64,000 nt of DNA from Eubacteriales bacterium (GTDB taxonomy: Bacteria > Bacillota > Clostridia > Oscillospirales > CAG-272): assembly GCA_045531455.1 (NCBI GenBank), contig JAZSEA010000075.1, forward strand, positions 2,922-66,921, in the 5' to 3' direction. A model generated the notes under the pieces. The model saw only the letters and a list, made by a program, of their open reading frames with translations, had not been told where the DNA came from and made no database searches. The translations under genes were made by a program, and so were the position numbers. Below are positions 53,915 through 63,035 of this stretch, piece after piece; within the stretch, counting starts at the first letter, position 1, and every line of letters begins with the position of its first letter.

Positions 53915-54591
53915 TTGTTATTCTCCTTATACGATTTATTAATAAATTCAAAAATTTCGATAGGATGATGAGCTATTAAATCTGCTCCCGCGGAGATCAA
54001 CTCGTCTTCGGTGTGAAATCCCCATGTTACGCCGCAGGTTGTTACATTTGCGTTCTTGCCAGTTTGCATATCAATTCCGTGATCGCCTACGTACATCGTG
54101 TTACACGGCAAGACCGAATATTTTTTACACAATTTCAGTATCTCATCGGGTTCAGGCTTGAGAACCATTCCGGGATGCTCGGACACAGATTCATCAATGA
54201 GTACACCAGGTGCGCCGAAGGAATGTTCAATAATTGAGGATGCTACACGTTGGCTTTTGTTGGTAACGATGGCGGTTACTACGCCAATGCTTTTCAGTTT
54301 TTCAAGCATTTCATTGATGCCTTCGTAAGGCTCTGTAAGGTAGTAAGGCTTCTTTTCGTATCTACCGAGCCAATCGGCAACCATATCCTCTAAAATGTTG
54401 ATGTCTGCTCCTCTGGCGTTGATCAGATTTGTCATCAATTTTCTGGCTCCTCCGCCTGCGAGATATCTGTAGTCGTCAACAGGGAAGGGTTCGAGCCCGA
54501 AATTTTCTAAAGTTTCGTTAGCGAAGTGAGCTATGGATCTCAGCGAGTTTACCGTAGTACCGTCAAGATCAAAGATGCATAGTTTAATCAT
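53911..54591 (-). CDS. HAD-superfamily phosphatase (phosphoglycolate phosphatase-like)
   Basis: ATG 54591 (MIKLCIFDLDGTTVNS) is preferred over TTG 54603. VTNK and YVGDHGIDMQTG are present. It overlaps the downstream sulfatase gene by 4 nt. Confidence 0.8.
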   Translation of the reverse strand: MIKLCIFDLDGTTVNSLRSIAHFANETLENFGLEPFPVDDYRYLAGGGARKLMTNLINARGADINILEDMVADWLGRYEKKPYYLTEPYEGINEMLEKLKSIGVVTAIVTNKSQRVASSIIEHSFGAPGVLIDESVSEHPGMVLKPEPDEILKLCKKYSVLPCNTMYVGDHGIDMQTGKNANVTTCGVTWGFHTEDELISAGADLIAHHPIEIFEFINKSYKENNK

Positions 54592-54727
54592 TGTTTGCTC
54601 CAAATTAGATTTATAAATATTATATACTATTTTAACACCAATTTCAAGTATAACTTTTTACAATACTTGATTTTTTTAAATATTCGTTGTATAATATAAT
54701 AAAATCGCGCACTACAGAGGTTATATT

Positions 54728-55477
54728 ATGAACGAGAAAGATATTAAGCACAACCTTTTGGTTGACATTTCTATGTATAATACAAAGAATGAATTTGTTC
54801 CTTCTGCTTATCAAAGGATGATAATGGCTATGATCGAGGAGCATTTGGATGCATTGAATATCGGAGAAAAAAGACTTATGGAGGAGCTTGGAATCTCTTG
54901 GGTTCTTCTTTCGGATTCTATTGAGCTTAAACGCAAGCTTTTACCTAATGATAAGATCATTGGTATCACTTGGCATTCCGGCGGAAGAGCTCCTTCGTTC
55001 AGAAGAGACTTTGTGTTTGAAGATGAGAACGGCGAGCTTATCGCGGGCGGTGCCACTGTTTCAACATTGTTTGACAACTCAACAAGAAGACTGTGCCTTG
55101 ACAGAAAGAAGATAGCGGTCGTAGATCTTTTACCCGAAGAACCGTACCTTGACTCGATTGAGAGACGAATGAAGATTGAGGGGGAGTGGGAGCTTCTCGA
55201 AACCCGAAGAGTTCGCCCGAGTATGATTGACGGTGTAGGTCACGTAAACAACACTAAGTATTGCGATTTCATTTACGATGCTATGACTGAAAGGGATATT
55301 GAGAGACTCGGCAACATTAAGAGAATTGACGTTTGGTTCAACTTCGAGCTCAGAGAAGGCGACGTGTTTGAAGTATACCGCTCTGTGGTAGATTCGAATA
55401 CCGTCGCATTTACAGTAAAGAAACCCAATGAGCCCAGAAGCTCATTTGATATGAAGATTACTTATTTCAACTCTTGA
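54728..55477 (+). CDS. acyl-ACP thioesterase family (double hotdog) protein
   Basis: 249 aa. Contains IDGVGHVNNTKY (the D..-HVNN..Y catalytic motif of the acyl-ACP thioesterase family). Length and layout are consistent with that family. Confidence 0.6.
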   Translation: MNEKDIKHNLLVDISMYNTKNEFVPSAYQRMIMAMIEEHLDALNIGEKRLMEELGISWVLLSDSIELKRKLLPNDKIIGITWHSGGRAPSFRRDFVFEDENGELIAGGATVSTLFDNSTRRLCLDRKKIAVVDLLPEEPYLDSIERRMKIEGEWELLETRRVRPSMIDGVGHVNNTKYCDFIYDAMTERDIERLGNIKRIDVWFNFELREGDVFEVYRSVVDSNTVAFTVKKPNEPRSSFDMKITYFNS

Positions 55478-55501
55478 AGAAACTTGAAAGGAGCTAACTG
55501 G

Positions 55502-56197
55502 ATGTCAATTTTAAAATGCACCGGTCTTGTTAAGAAATACGGTGCCAATATCGCGCTCGATTCAATTGATTTTGAAATTGAAAGCGGCGGCATTATTGGA
55601 TTGCTCGGACCTAACGGAAGCGGCAAGACTACCTTTATTAAGCTCATTTGCGGTCTTTTAACTCCCGACTCTGGCAGTATTAAGGTTGGCGGTAAGGATG
55701 TTGGAGTTGAGAGCAAAAAGATAGTTGCATATCATCCCGACCATATGTTTCTGTCAAATATGCTTACCGTCAAAAAGGAAATTGAATATTTCACGGATTT
55801 TTTTGAGGATTTTAATCCCGACAAAGCGAGAACGCTTCTTTCCGATCTTGGAGTTGACGAAGACGCTATGATCGGTACGTTGTCTAAAGGTAATAAAGAA
55901 AAGGTCTCTTTGATACTGACTATGAGCCGAGCTGCAAAGCTTTATCTGCTTGATGAACCTATTGCAGGTGTTGATCCCGCTACAAGAGATTATATCCTCG
56001 GCACGATTCTGAGAAATTACTCCGAGGGTTCAGCGGTTGTAATTTCTACGCATTTGATTTCCGATATAGAGCCTGCACTTGACCGCGTGATATTTTTAAA
56101 CAAAGGTAGGATCATACTTGACGGAGAAGCAGAGAAAATTCGCAACGTCAACGGAAAAAGCATAGACGAGCTTTTTAGAGAGGAGTTCAAATGGTAA
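55502..56197 (+). CDS. ABC transporter ATP-binding protein
   Basis: ATG 55502 follows AAAGGAG. Walker A is GPNGSGKTT, the signature is LSKGNKEK and Walker B is LYLLDEP. Confidence 0.85.
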   Translation: MSILKCTGLVKKYGANIALDSIDFEIESGGIIGLLGPNGSGKTTFIKLICGLLTPDSGSIKVGGKDVGVESKKIVAYHPDHMFLSNMLTVKKEIEYFTDFFEDFNPDKARTLLSDLGVDEDAMIGTLSKGNKEKVSLILTMSRAAKLYLLDEPIAGVDPATRDYILGTILRNYSEGSAVVISTHLISDIEPALDRVIFLNKGRIILDGEAEKIRNVNGKSIDELFREEFKW

Positions 56198-57012
56198 AGA
56201 AACTATTTAAACATGAGTTTAAAGCATATGGATTGTGGATTCTCTTACTCTATGCAGCAATGCCGATAACTGCAATCATTCTTAAGGTTTCTTATTATTT
56301 TACTTATCAAAGCAAATTGATCCCTGAAGCTTCCAACGATGCAGAGAACATATGGATAGATATGATCAATGTTTCTTCTTTGATTCTATACATCGGAGCA
56401 GTTGGAATTGCTTTTACTCTAGTATTTGTTCTGCCTTTGGTCAGGTATTATAAGAATATGCTCACCTCCGAGGGGTATCTTACTTTGTCTATACCCGTTA
56501 CTCCGTCAGCGCACGTTCTTTGCAAGACCCTTGTGGCTTATATATATCAGATTGGTGCCATTTGCTCGTTTATTATATCAGTTCTCATTCTTATCATAGG
56601 AGAAGACGCGATCGAAATTTATGAAGCTTTCAAAGGTGCTGTAAGCGACGTATTCAGTCACATTTTCCAAGAACAACCTGTAGTAGTTCTTGACGTCATA
56701 CTGCTTATTATTGCCGCTGTGATATCCCCAATCGCATCAATACTGCATTATTATTTCTGTCTTGCTTCGGGAATGCTTTACGGAAAGCATAAGCTTGTTG
56801 GCGCGTTGATTACCAATATCGTTATCAATATTGTTTCATCGGTGCTGTCAGGCATCATTCAGTTCGTTTTGATGCCGGTGTTTATTTTTGGTTCCGATCC
56901 CACACTTTTCCTGACCATTATTTCGGTCGGTTCATTAATAGGTGTTATCGGAATATCTGCAATATTTTATTACGCCACGGTTTATCTTTTCACTCACAAA
57001 GTAAACCTATAA
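56191..57012 (+). CDS. polytopic membrane protein, presumed ABC permease partner
   Basis: 273 aa with about 6-7 hydrophobic segments. It overlaps the ATPase gene by 7 nt. I recognise no family signature. Confidence 0.5.
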   Translation: MVKKLFKHEFKAYGLWILLLYAAMPITAIILKVSYYFTYQSKLIPEASNDAENIWIDMINVSSLILYIGAVGIAFTLVFVLPLVRYYKNMLTSEGYLTLSIPVTPSAHVLCKTLVAYIYQIGAICSFIISVLILIIGEDAIEIYEAFKGAVSDVFSHIFQEQPVVVLDVILLIIAAVISPIASILHYYFCLASGMLYGKHKLVGALITNIVINIVSSVLSGIIQFVLMPVFIFGSDPTLFLTIISVGSLIGVIGISAIFYYATVYLFTHKVNL

Positions 57013-57048
57013 TTCAAGGTTTGTTAAAACAATAAACCAAAGTCTTGC

Positions 57049-57077
57049 TTGACATTAACAGACAAATATTTTATAAT
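57049..57077 (+). promoter_or_regulatory. consensus sigma-A promoter, TTGACA-17-TATAAT
   Basis: -35 at 57049-57054 and -10 at 57072-57077, 37 nt upstream of the dxs ATG. Confidence 0.6.
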
Positions 57078-57113
57078 ATATACGGATTATAACAAAACTA
57101 TCCGGAGTTTAAA

Positions 57114-58994
57114 ATGCAAAATAAAAAATATACATTTCTCGATCAGGTAAATTCTCCCGCTGATCTCAAGGAGTTTGATCGAGAGAACGTGGAAGTCCTC
57201 GCTGACGAGATCAGGGATTTTCTGATCGATAACGTCAGTCAATGCGGAGGACATCTTGCGTCCAATCTTGGTGTGGTAGAACTGACACTTGCTCTGCACA
57301 GAGTATTTGACACGCCCAAGGACAAGATCGTTTGGGACGTCGGACATCAAAGCTACGTTCATAAAATTATTACGGGAAGAAAAGACAATTTCTCATCTCT
57401 TAGATCCCCGGGAGGACTTTCGGGTTTCCCGAAGAGAGAAGAGAGTGAATACGATGCTTTCGGTGCGGGACATAGCTCAACTTCTATCTCCGCCGCTTTA
57501 GGTTTTGCGGAAGCAGCTCATCTTACGGGATCAGATTCTTATGCAGTTGCTGTTGTGGGCGACGGTGCTTTCACAGGCGGAATGATCTATGAAGCACTCA
57601 ATAATTGCGATAGAACTGAAGGAATCAAGCTCATAATCGTTATAAACGAAAACGAGATGTCGATTTCAAAGAATATCGGTTCAGTTGCAAAGACACTTTC
57701 AAAGATAAGAAATCGCCCGGGCTATTTCAAAACCAAGAGCATTACCAGAGGTGTTCTCAATAAGATTCCCCTTATTGGTAAGTTGACCGTTGCGCTCTTA
57801 ACAAAGATAAAAAAAGCGATCAAAAACATCCTCTATGGCTCAAACTATTTTGAGGATCTTGGCTTGTACTATATAGGTCCCGTTGACGGTCACGATATAT
57901 CAGCACTCGAAGATATGCTTTCTGAAGCCAAGAAGTGCGATCAAAGCGTAATAGTTCACGTTAAGACGCAGAAGGGCAGAGGATACGCTCCGGCGGAAGA
58001 AAGACCCGACAAGTATCACTCTCTAGCCGCCAAAGACGCAGAGCCTGCAGGAGGGTTCTCGAAGGTTTTCGGAGACGTTCTTACAGAATTAGCAGAGAAG
58101 GATAAAAAGATCTGTGCAATTACCGCGGCTATGGGCAGAGGAACAGGACTCGGTCTTTTCGAAAAAACTCATCCCGATCGCTTCTTTGACGTAGGAATTG
58201 CCGAAGAACACGCGGTTACGTTTGCAGCAGGATTATCCGCAGGAGAGGCGCATCCTGTATGCGCTATATATTCAACATTTCTTCAGAGAGCTTACGACAG
58301 TATAGTCCACGACGTTGCTCTGCAGAATCTCCCTGTTGTTTTTGCAATAGACCGTGCGGGATTGAATCAGTCGGACGGTGCGACACATCATGGCATATTT
58401 GATGTATCCTTTCTGTCTTCAATTCCTAATCTGACAATATTTACTCCTGCAACGTATGAATGTCTCGAAAGATCTCTTAGATATGCATTGGAGATAAACG
58501 CTCCCGTTGCCATCAGATATCCCAACGCCGTTGAAGATGAACTTATAAAGGCTGCATTCTATCAGGATTCCTTCGATGACTTTTCTGTCAGAACCTTTGC
58601 TGTTTCCGAATCTACAAAAAACGTCATCATTACTCACGGCAGAATGGCTTCGGTTGCTCTCGAAGCGATTTCTATGCTTTCGGAGAATGATGTTGAAGCA
58701 GGAATAGTGCTTTGTGAGTTCATTAAGCCTTATGATGCGCTTGCTGATCTGATTGCACAAGTTTTGCCCGAGGGCGTTATGAATATTATATTCCTTGAAG
58801 AAGAGATTATGGCGGGCGGTTTCGGTATGAATCTTTCTGCAGAGTTTACACGCCGCGGAATAAAACCTAAAGCCAATCATACCATTATTGCCGTTGACGA
58901 TAATTTTGCGATTCCCTCGGAAGGTGAAAACGTTTGGCAGGCTGCCAAAGTCGATTCGCACTCCGTCTATCAAAAGATACTTGAATTACAATGA
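57114..58994 (+). CDS. dxs: 1-deoxy-D-xylulose-5-phosphate synthase
   Basis: 626 aa. Contains GGHLASNLGVVELTLALH and DVGHQSYVHKIITGR, plus ThDP motif GDGAFTGGM. Confidence 0.95.
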   Translation: MQNKKYTFLDQVNSPADLKEFDRENVEVLADEIRDFLIDNVSQCGGHLASNLGVVELTLALHRVFDTPKDKIVWDVGHQSYVHKIITGRKDNFSSLRSPGGLSGFPKREESEYDAFGAGHSSTSISAALGFAEAAHLTGSDSYAVAVVGDGAFTGGMIYEALNNCDRTEGIKLIIVINENEMSISKNIGSVAKTLSKIRNRPGYFKTKSITRGVLNKIPLIGKLTVALLTKIKKAIKNILYGSNYFEDLGLYYIGPVDGHDISALEDMLSEAKKCDQSVIVHVKTQKGRGYAPAEERPDKYHSLAAKDAEPAGGFSKVFGDVLTELAEKDKKICAITAAMGRGTGLGLFEKTHPDRFFDVGIAEEHAVTFAAGLSAGEAHPVCAIYSTFLQRAYDSIVHDVALQNLPVVFAIDRAGLNQSDGATHHGIFDVSFLSSIPNLTIFTPATYECLERSLRYALEINAPVAIRYPNAVEDELIKAAFYQDSFDDFSVRTFAVSESTKNVIITHGRMASVALEAISMLSENDVEAGIVLCEFIKPYDALADLIAQVLPEGVMNIIFLEEEIMAGGFGMNLSAEFTRRGIKPKANHTIIAVDDNFAIPSEGENVWQAAKVDSHSVYQKILELQ

Positions 58995-58997
58995 ATA

Positions 58998-59020
58998 AAG
59001 CCCCGCTTTTAGCGGGGTTT
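58998..59020. terminator. bidirectional terminator (dxs / ldh)
   Basis: Stem CCCCGCT / AGCGGGG, extended by A-T and G-U pairs, with loop TTT. T-rich runs lie on both strands. Confidence 0.6.
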
Positions 59021-59022
59021 CT

Positions 59023-59976
59023 TTATACAGTCAATTCAATTCCAAGATTTCTTACTGTTGAATGCAGAATTGAAGCAGAGCGCATAAGATCGTCATGCTC
59101 TGATTTACTCAGAGGAATTTCAAGGATATCCTCAATACCGTTACTTCCGATTACACATGGAACTCCAAGGCAAATATCATTGATTCCATATTGGCCTGTC
59201 AGTAAAGCAGAAACTGGAAGTATCGCGTGCTCGTCTCTTACTATTGCACGAACAATTCTTTTTACAGATTCCGCGATCGCATAATAAGTTGCCCCCTTTG
59301 CTTCAATAATACCGTATGCCGCATCTCTGATCGCCTCAAAAATTTCTCCGAAACGAATAGTGGAATACTCCTTTGCGACTTCATTGCAATATGATGAAAT
59401 ATCGATACCCGACACGTTTGCACTACTCCATACGGGAAGCTCGCTATCGCCGTGTTCGCCTATAACAAAAGTATGAATGTTTCTCGGATCTACCTTTAAT
59501 TCGTCGCCCATCGCTTGCTTCAACCTCGCGGTATCGAGAACTGTACCCGAACCCAATATTTTTGATGGATTCAAATCAGATAAACTTATGGTTACTTTCG
59601 TCAGGACGTCAACGGGGTTAGTCACAACAAGAATTATACCATCAAAGCCTACTGAGTTGATATTATTGATTATTTCTGCAAACACTTTAGTATTTCGTTG
59701 TACAAGGTCAATTCTTGTTTCACCGGGTTTTTGCGAGACTCCGGCTGTGATTATTACAATTCCGCAATCTGAAATATCCTTGTATTCTCCTGCATATACG
59801 GAAACAGGCGAGTTGAACGGAACGCCGTGTGAAATATCTTCAGCTTCTCCTTGTGCTCTTTTTTTATCAATATCGATCAAAACTATCTCAGTAAACATCT
59901 CGGATAGCATCAGGCTGTATGCTGTTGTTGCGCCTACGTTTCCGCAACCTATAATTGCGCATTTTTTATTATTCAT
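59023..59976 (-). CDS. ldh: L-lactate dehydrogenase
   Basis: Contains IIGCGNVGATTAYSL, GEAEDISHG and IGEHGDSELPVWS. Confidence 0.9.
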   Translation of the reverse strand: MNNKKCAIIGCGNVGATTAYSLMLSEMFTEIVLIDIDKKRAQGEAEDISHGVPFNSPVSVYAGEYKDISDCGIVIITAGVSQKPGETRIDLVQRNTKVFAEIINNINSVGFDGIILVVTNPVDVLTKVTISLSDLNPSKILGSGTVLDTARLKQAMGDELKVDPRNIHTFVIGEHGDSELPVWSSANVSGIDISSYCNEVAKEYSTIRFGEIFEAIRDAAYGIIEAKGATYYAIAESVKRIVRAIVRDEHAILPVSALLTGQYGINDICLGVPCVIGSNGIEDILEIPLSKSEHDDLMRSASILHSTVRNLGIELTV

Positions 59977-59988
59977 ATTTTTACCTCA

Positions 59989-60025
59989 AATAATAATGCT
60001 GAGCAGTTCGCTCAGCATTATTATT
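59989..60025 (-). terminator. long AT-rich/GC-core hairpin between glpK stop and ldh start
   Basis: 16-bp stem AATAATAATGCTGAGC / GCTCAGCATTATTATT with a 5-nt loop. It lies 36 nt after the glpK stop and 12 nt before the ldh ATG. Confidence 0.55.
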
Positions 60026-60060
60026 TGAAACATTAAGATTATAATGAATATAAAATATTG

Positions 60061-61554
60061 TTAATTGTCGATCCACTTGCAAGATCTTTCAACTGCTCTT
60101 TGCCAGTTTTTGATATTTGCATTGCGTTCATTATCCGACATATCGGGTTCAACGATCCTGTCAATTGCGCGATTTGCCTTGATCTGATCGAAATCGGAAA
60201 TCTCACCAACTGCTAGTCCTGCCAGATATGCGGCTCCAAGAGCTGTGGTTTCAATGCAGGTAGGTCGAAGAACCTTTTTGCCAAGAATATCTGCTTGGAT
60301 CTTTAACAGAAGAGTATTAGCCGATGCACCGCCGTCAACATTTAGAGCTTCGAAGTTAATGCCTGCTTCATTTTGCATCAAAGAGAGTACGTCATAAGTT
60401 TGGAATGCCATAGAATCAAGAACTGCGCGGACAAAGTGAGCTTTCGTTGTACCTCTAGTAAGACCCGAAATCGATCCTCTTGCGTAAGGATCCCAATACG
60501 GGGCTCCAAGACCTACGAATGCAGGCACGAAATATACGCCTCCGCTGTTTGGAACGCTTGCGGCAATCTCTTCTGTTTGGGAAGCATAATTAATAAGTCC
60601 GAGTCCGTCTCTGAGCCATTGTACTGCTGCTCCGCAAACGAACACAGAACCCTCCAAAGCGTAATAGACTTTGTTGCCAATGCCCCATGCTATCGTTGTA
60701 ACAAGACCGTTTCTGGAGAATACGGGGCGTTCACCTGTATTCATAAGCAGGAATCCGCCGGTCCCGTAAGTGTTTTTTGCCTCACCGGGATTGAAACAGC
60801 ATTGGCCGAAGAGCGCAGCTTGTTGATCTCCCGCAACACCTGCAACGGGAATCTTTCCACCAAAGAGCGAAGGATCTGTGTATCCGAATAAGCCTGAAGA
60901 AGGACGTACTTCAGGTAACAGCTCGCGGGGAATATCAAACATTTTAAGGAGCGCATCATCCCATTCAAGGGTATTGATGTTGAAGAGCATCGTTCTTGAT
61001 GCGTTCGAGTAGTCAGTAGCGTGAACCTTCTTTCCTGTGAGATTATAGATCAGCCAGGAATCGATAGTACCAAAGCAGAGTTCTCCGCGCTTTGCTCTTT
61101 CTCTTGCGCCCGTTACGTTATCAAGGATCCATTTGATCTTGGTGGCAGAGAAGTAGGGATCGAGAACAAGACCGGTCTTTTCTCTGATCATATCTACAAG
61201 CCCGAATTTTGCAAGCTCTTCGCAATATGAAGCTGTTCTTCTGCATTGCCATACGATAGCATTGTATATAGGTCTTCCGGTTGCTCTGTCCCAGATAACA
61301 GTGGTTTCTCTCTGGTTTGTGATACCTATAGCGGCAATATCCTTGTATGTAAGACCCGCGTCGGCGACAGCCTTGACAGCAACCGCAATCTGACTTTCCC
61401 AGATATCATCAGGGTTGTGTTCAACATACCCCTCTTTCGGAAATATCTGTGGAAATTCGGATTGAGATATAGATACTATTTCACCCGTCAATGAAAAAAC
61501 TATTGCACGTGAACTTGTTGTTCCCGCATCAAGTGCCAATAAATATTTTGCCAT
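60061..61554 (-). CDS. glpK: glycerol kinase
   Basis: 497 aa. N-terminus is [17 protein letters not shown], and the text is GlpK-like throughout. Confidence 0.95.
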   Translation of the reverse strand: MAKYLLALDAGTTSSRAIVFSLTGEIVSISQSEFPQIFPKEGYVEHNPDDIWESQIAVAVKAVADAGLTYKDIAAIGITNQRETTVIWDRATGRPIYNAIVWQCRRTASYCEELAKFGLVDMIREKTGLVLDPYFSATKIKWILDNVTGARERAKRGELCFGTIDSWLIYNLTGKKVHATDYSNASRTMLFNINTLEWDDALLKMFDIPRELLPEVRPSSGLFGYTDPSLFGGKIPVAGVAGDQQAALFGQCCFNPGEAKNTYGTGGFLLMNTGERPVFSRNGLVTTIAWGIGNKVYYALEGSVFVCGAAVQWLRDGLGLINYASQTEEIAASVPNSGGVYFVPAFVGLGAPYWDPYARGSISGLTRGTTKAHFVRAVLDSMAFQTYDVLSLMQNEAGINFEALNVDGGASANTLLLKIQADILGKKVLRPTCIETTALGAAYLAGLAVGEISDFDQIKANRAIDRIVEPDMSDNERNANIKNWQRAVERSCKWIDN

Positions 61555-61612
61555 ATTAGCTCCGTTTCTGCCGAAACAATTTCTCGGCTAGATGTAATAA
61601 ATATATTGTACC

Positions 61613-61650
61613 AAAAAAACTCTTCACCGTCAAGCGGTGAAGAGAAAAAA
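61613..61650 (-). terminator. rho-independent terminator after the 252-aa hypothetical gene
   Basis: Stem CTCTTCACCG / CGGTGAAGAG with loop TCAAG, followed on the minus strand by TTTTTTT. Confidence 0.7.
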
Positions 61651-61666
61651 CATATATACAATTATA

Positions 61667-62425
61667 TTAATTTTCAAATTTTATATTGTTTAAGGCATTC
61701 ATCGCTTCGCAAACTGCGTTATAAGCACTGTTAGGATGAATGATTCTTTTATCATAATCAAAGCCAAGCGCTTCTGAGGTGTTGATGATCAGTTTGTTAA
61801 TTATTGATATTATCCTTGTGCAGTTTCTTGCAAAGCCCAGTAATCTTGAGGAATATCTTTCACACTCGCTCGCCGATGCATGTGCTTGCAAAGAGATAGC
61901 ACGGCAATCAAGAACGTCCTGCACGTTTTTGTTTAACATTGCAGCATAAACAGCAAGCTTTGATTCTTTGTAAACTTCTGTGAATGAAGCAGAACAAGCG
62001 CGAATCTGCGCCGCAGTTTCACTAATCGTCATCAGATGTTCGGTGATGATACTTTGCGAATTACGCATGAATTCGAGTATATTTGAGTAACTATGTTTGA
62101 TAAATCCGATCTCTTCCTCGTTGTAGGAAAATACAAAATCACGCAAAACACCTTTTGAGCTCCAATTGTCCGCAAGCACGCGTAATTGCTTTTCAAGCGT
62201 TTCTTTCATTTCGGACGATGACTGAGTTGCGGTTTGCGCTTCCGATGATATCTGTACATAGTTCAGCTCAATGTCAGCAAGTCTGCGGCATAGATCGCTA
62301 TCCGAACGTATATATCGCATATAATCATCGATAATACCGAGAGAAGCCTCATCGAGCGGTATCAGGCAAATATTCTCGCTGACCAATCTATGGGATATAA
62401 TTCGTATTGTTTCCTCTGAGATCAT
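61667..62425 (-). CDS. hypothetical cytoplasmic protein (252 aa), no recognised family
   Basis: A long ORF with RBS GGAGA, predicted helical, with no TM helix or signal peptide. It looks AT-richer than its neighbours. Confidence 0.5.
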   Translation of the reverse strand: MISEETIRIISHRLVSENICLIPLDEASLGIIDDYMRYIRSDSDLCRRLADIELNYVQISSEAQTATQSSSEMKETLEKQLRVLADNWSSKGVLRDFVFSYNEEEIGFIKHSYSNILEFMRNSQSIITEHLMTISETAAQIRACSASFTEVYKESKLAVYAAMLNKNVQDVLDCRAISLQAHASASECERYSSRLLGFARNCTRIISIINKLIINTSEALGFDYDKRIIHPNSAYNAVCEAMNALNNIKFEN

Positions 62426-62444
62426 GTCAATTCTCCGTATTTAA

Positions 62445-62481
62445 AATTTGAGGCTGAAGCCAAGGGCTGCAGCCTCAAATT
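62445..62481 (-). terminator. hairpin (weak terminator/attenuator) after the KH-domain gene
   Basis: 12-bp stem AATTTGAGGCTG / CAGCCTCAAATT with a structured 13-nt loop. Only about 4 U residues follow on the minus strand. Confidence 0.5.
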
Positions 62482-62495
62482 TGCGGCATAGCCGC

Positions 62496-62729
62496 TTATC
62501 TGATATCAACGGTTACTTTCTTGCCGGTGGAGGCAGAGGCAGCCTTGACAACGGTTCTGATCGCTTTTGCGATCTTACCGCCGCGGCCGATAACCATACC
62601 CATTTCGTCGGGAGCAACGCTGAGAGTAAACTCAATGTTGTTTCCGTTTTCGTTTCGTACGACCTTAACCTCGTCGGGAGTGTCAACGATCGCACTGACG
62701 ATGTCTACAAGAAGCTTTTCGAGATCCAT
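62496..62729 (-). CDS. KH-domain RNA-binding protein (YlqC-like)
   Basis: 77 aa. Contains MGMVIGRGGKIAKAIRTV (GxxG KH loop). It lies immediately downstream of rpsP. Confidence 0.85.
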   Translation of the reverse strand: MDLEKLLVDIVSAIVDTPDEVKVVRNENGNNIEFTLSVAPDEMGMVIGRGGKIAKAIRTVVKAASASTGKKVTVDIR

Positions 62730-62743
62730 CTTGCACCACTTAA

Positions 62744-62983
62744 TTACTCGGTGATGCCGGCCTTCTTCAAGAGAGCCTTAACGGTATCGGTGGGCTGAAC
62801 ACCCTTTGCGAGCCAGTCCTTAGCCTTGTCAGCGTCGATCTTGATCTCAGAATTTCCGAGGGGGTTGTAGTAGCCGATCTCATCGATGAAGCGACCGCCT
62901 CTGGGGCTGCGCTCGTCAGCAACGATTACACGATAGAAGGGCTGCTTCTTTGCGCCCGCTCTGCGAAGTCTCATTTTTACCAT
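62744..62983 (-). CDS. rpsP: 30S ribosomal protein S16
   Basis: Contains [41 protein letters not shown]. Confidence 0.95.
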   Translation of the reverse strand: MVKMRLRRAGAKKQPFYRVIVADERSPRGGRFIDEIGYYNPLGNSEIKIDADKAKDWLAKGVQPTDTVKALLKKAGITE

Positions 62984-63035
62984 TTTTGTTTTTCTCCTTT
63001 TTTATGTGAAAAAATTATTTTTTATATGAATCCCA

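Noticed and set aside
59977-60060. A Rex operator or cre site controlling ldh.
   Set aside because: I could not find a TTGTGAA-N6-TTCACAA or TGWAANCGNTNWCA-like sequence by eye. Only the terminator-like hairpin is present. A PWM scan would be needed to be sure.
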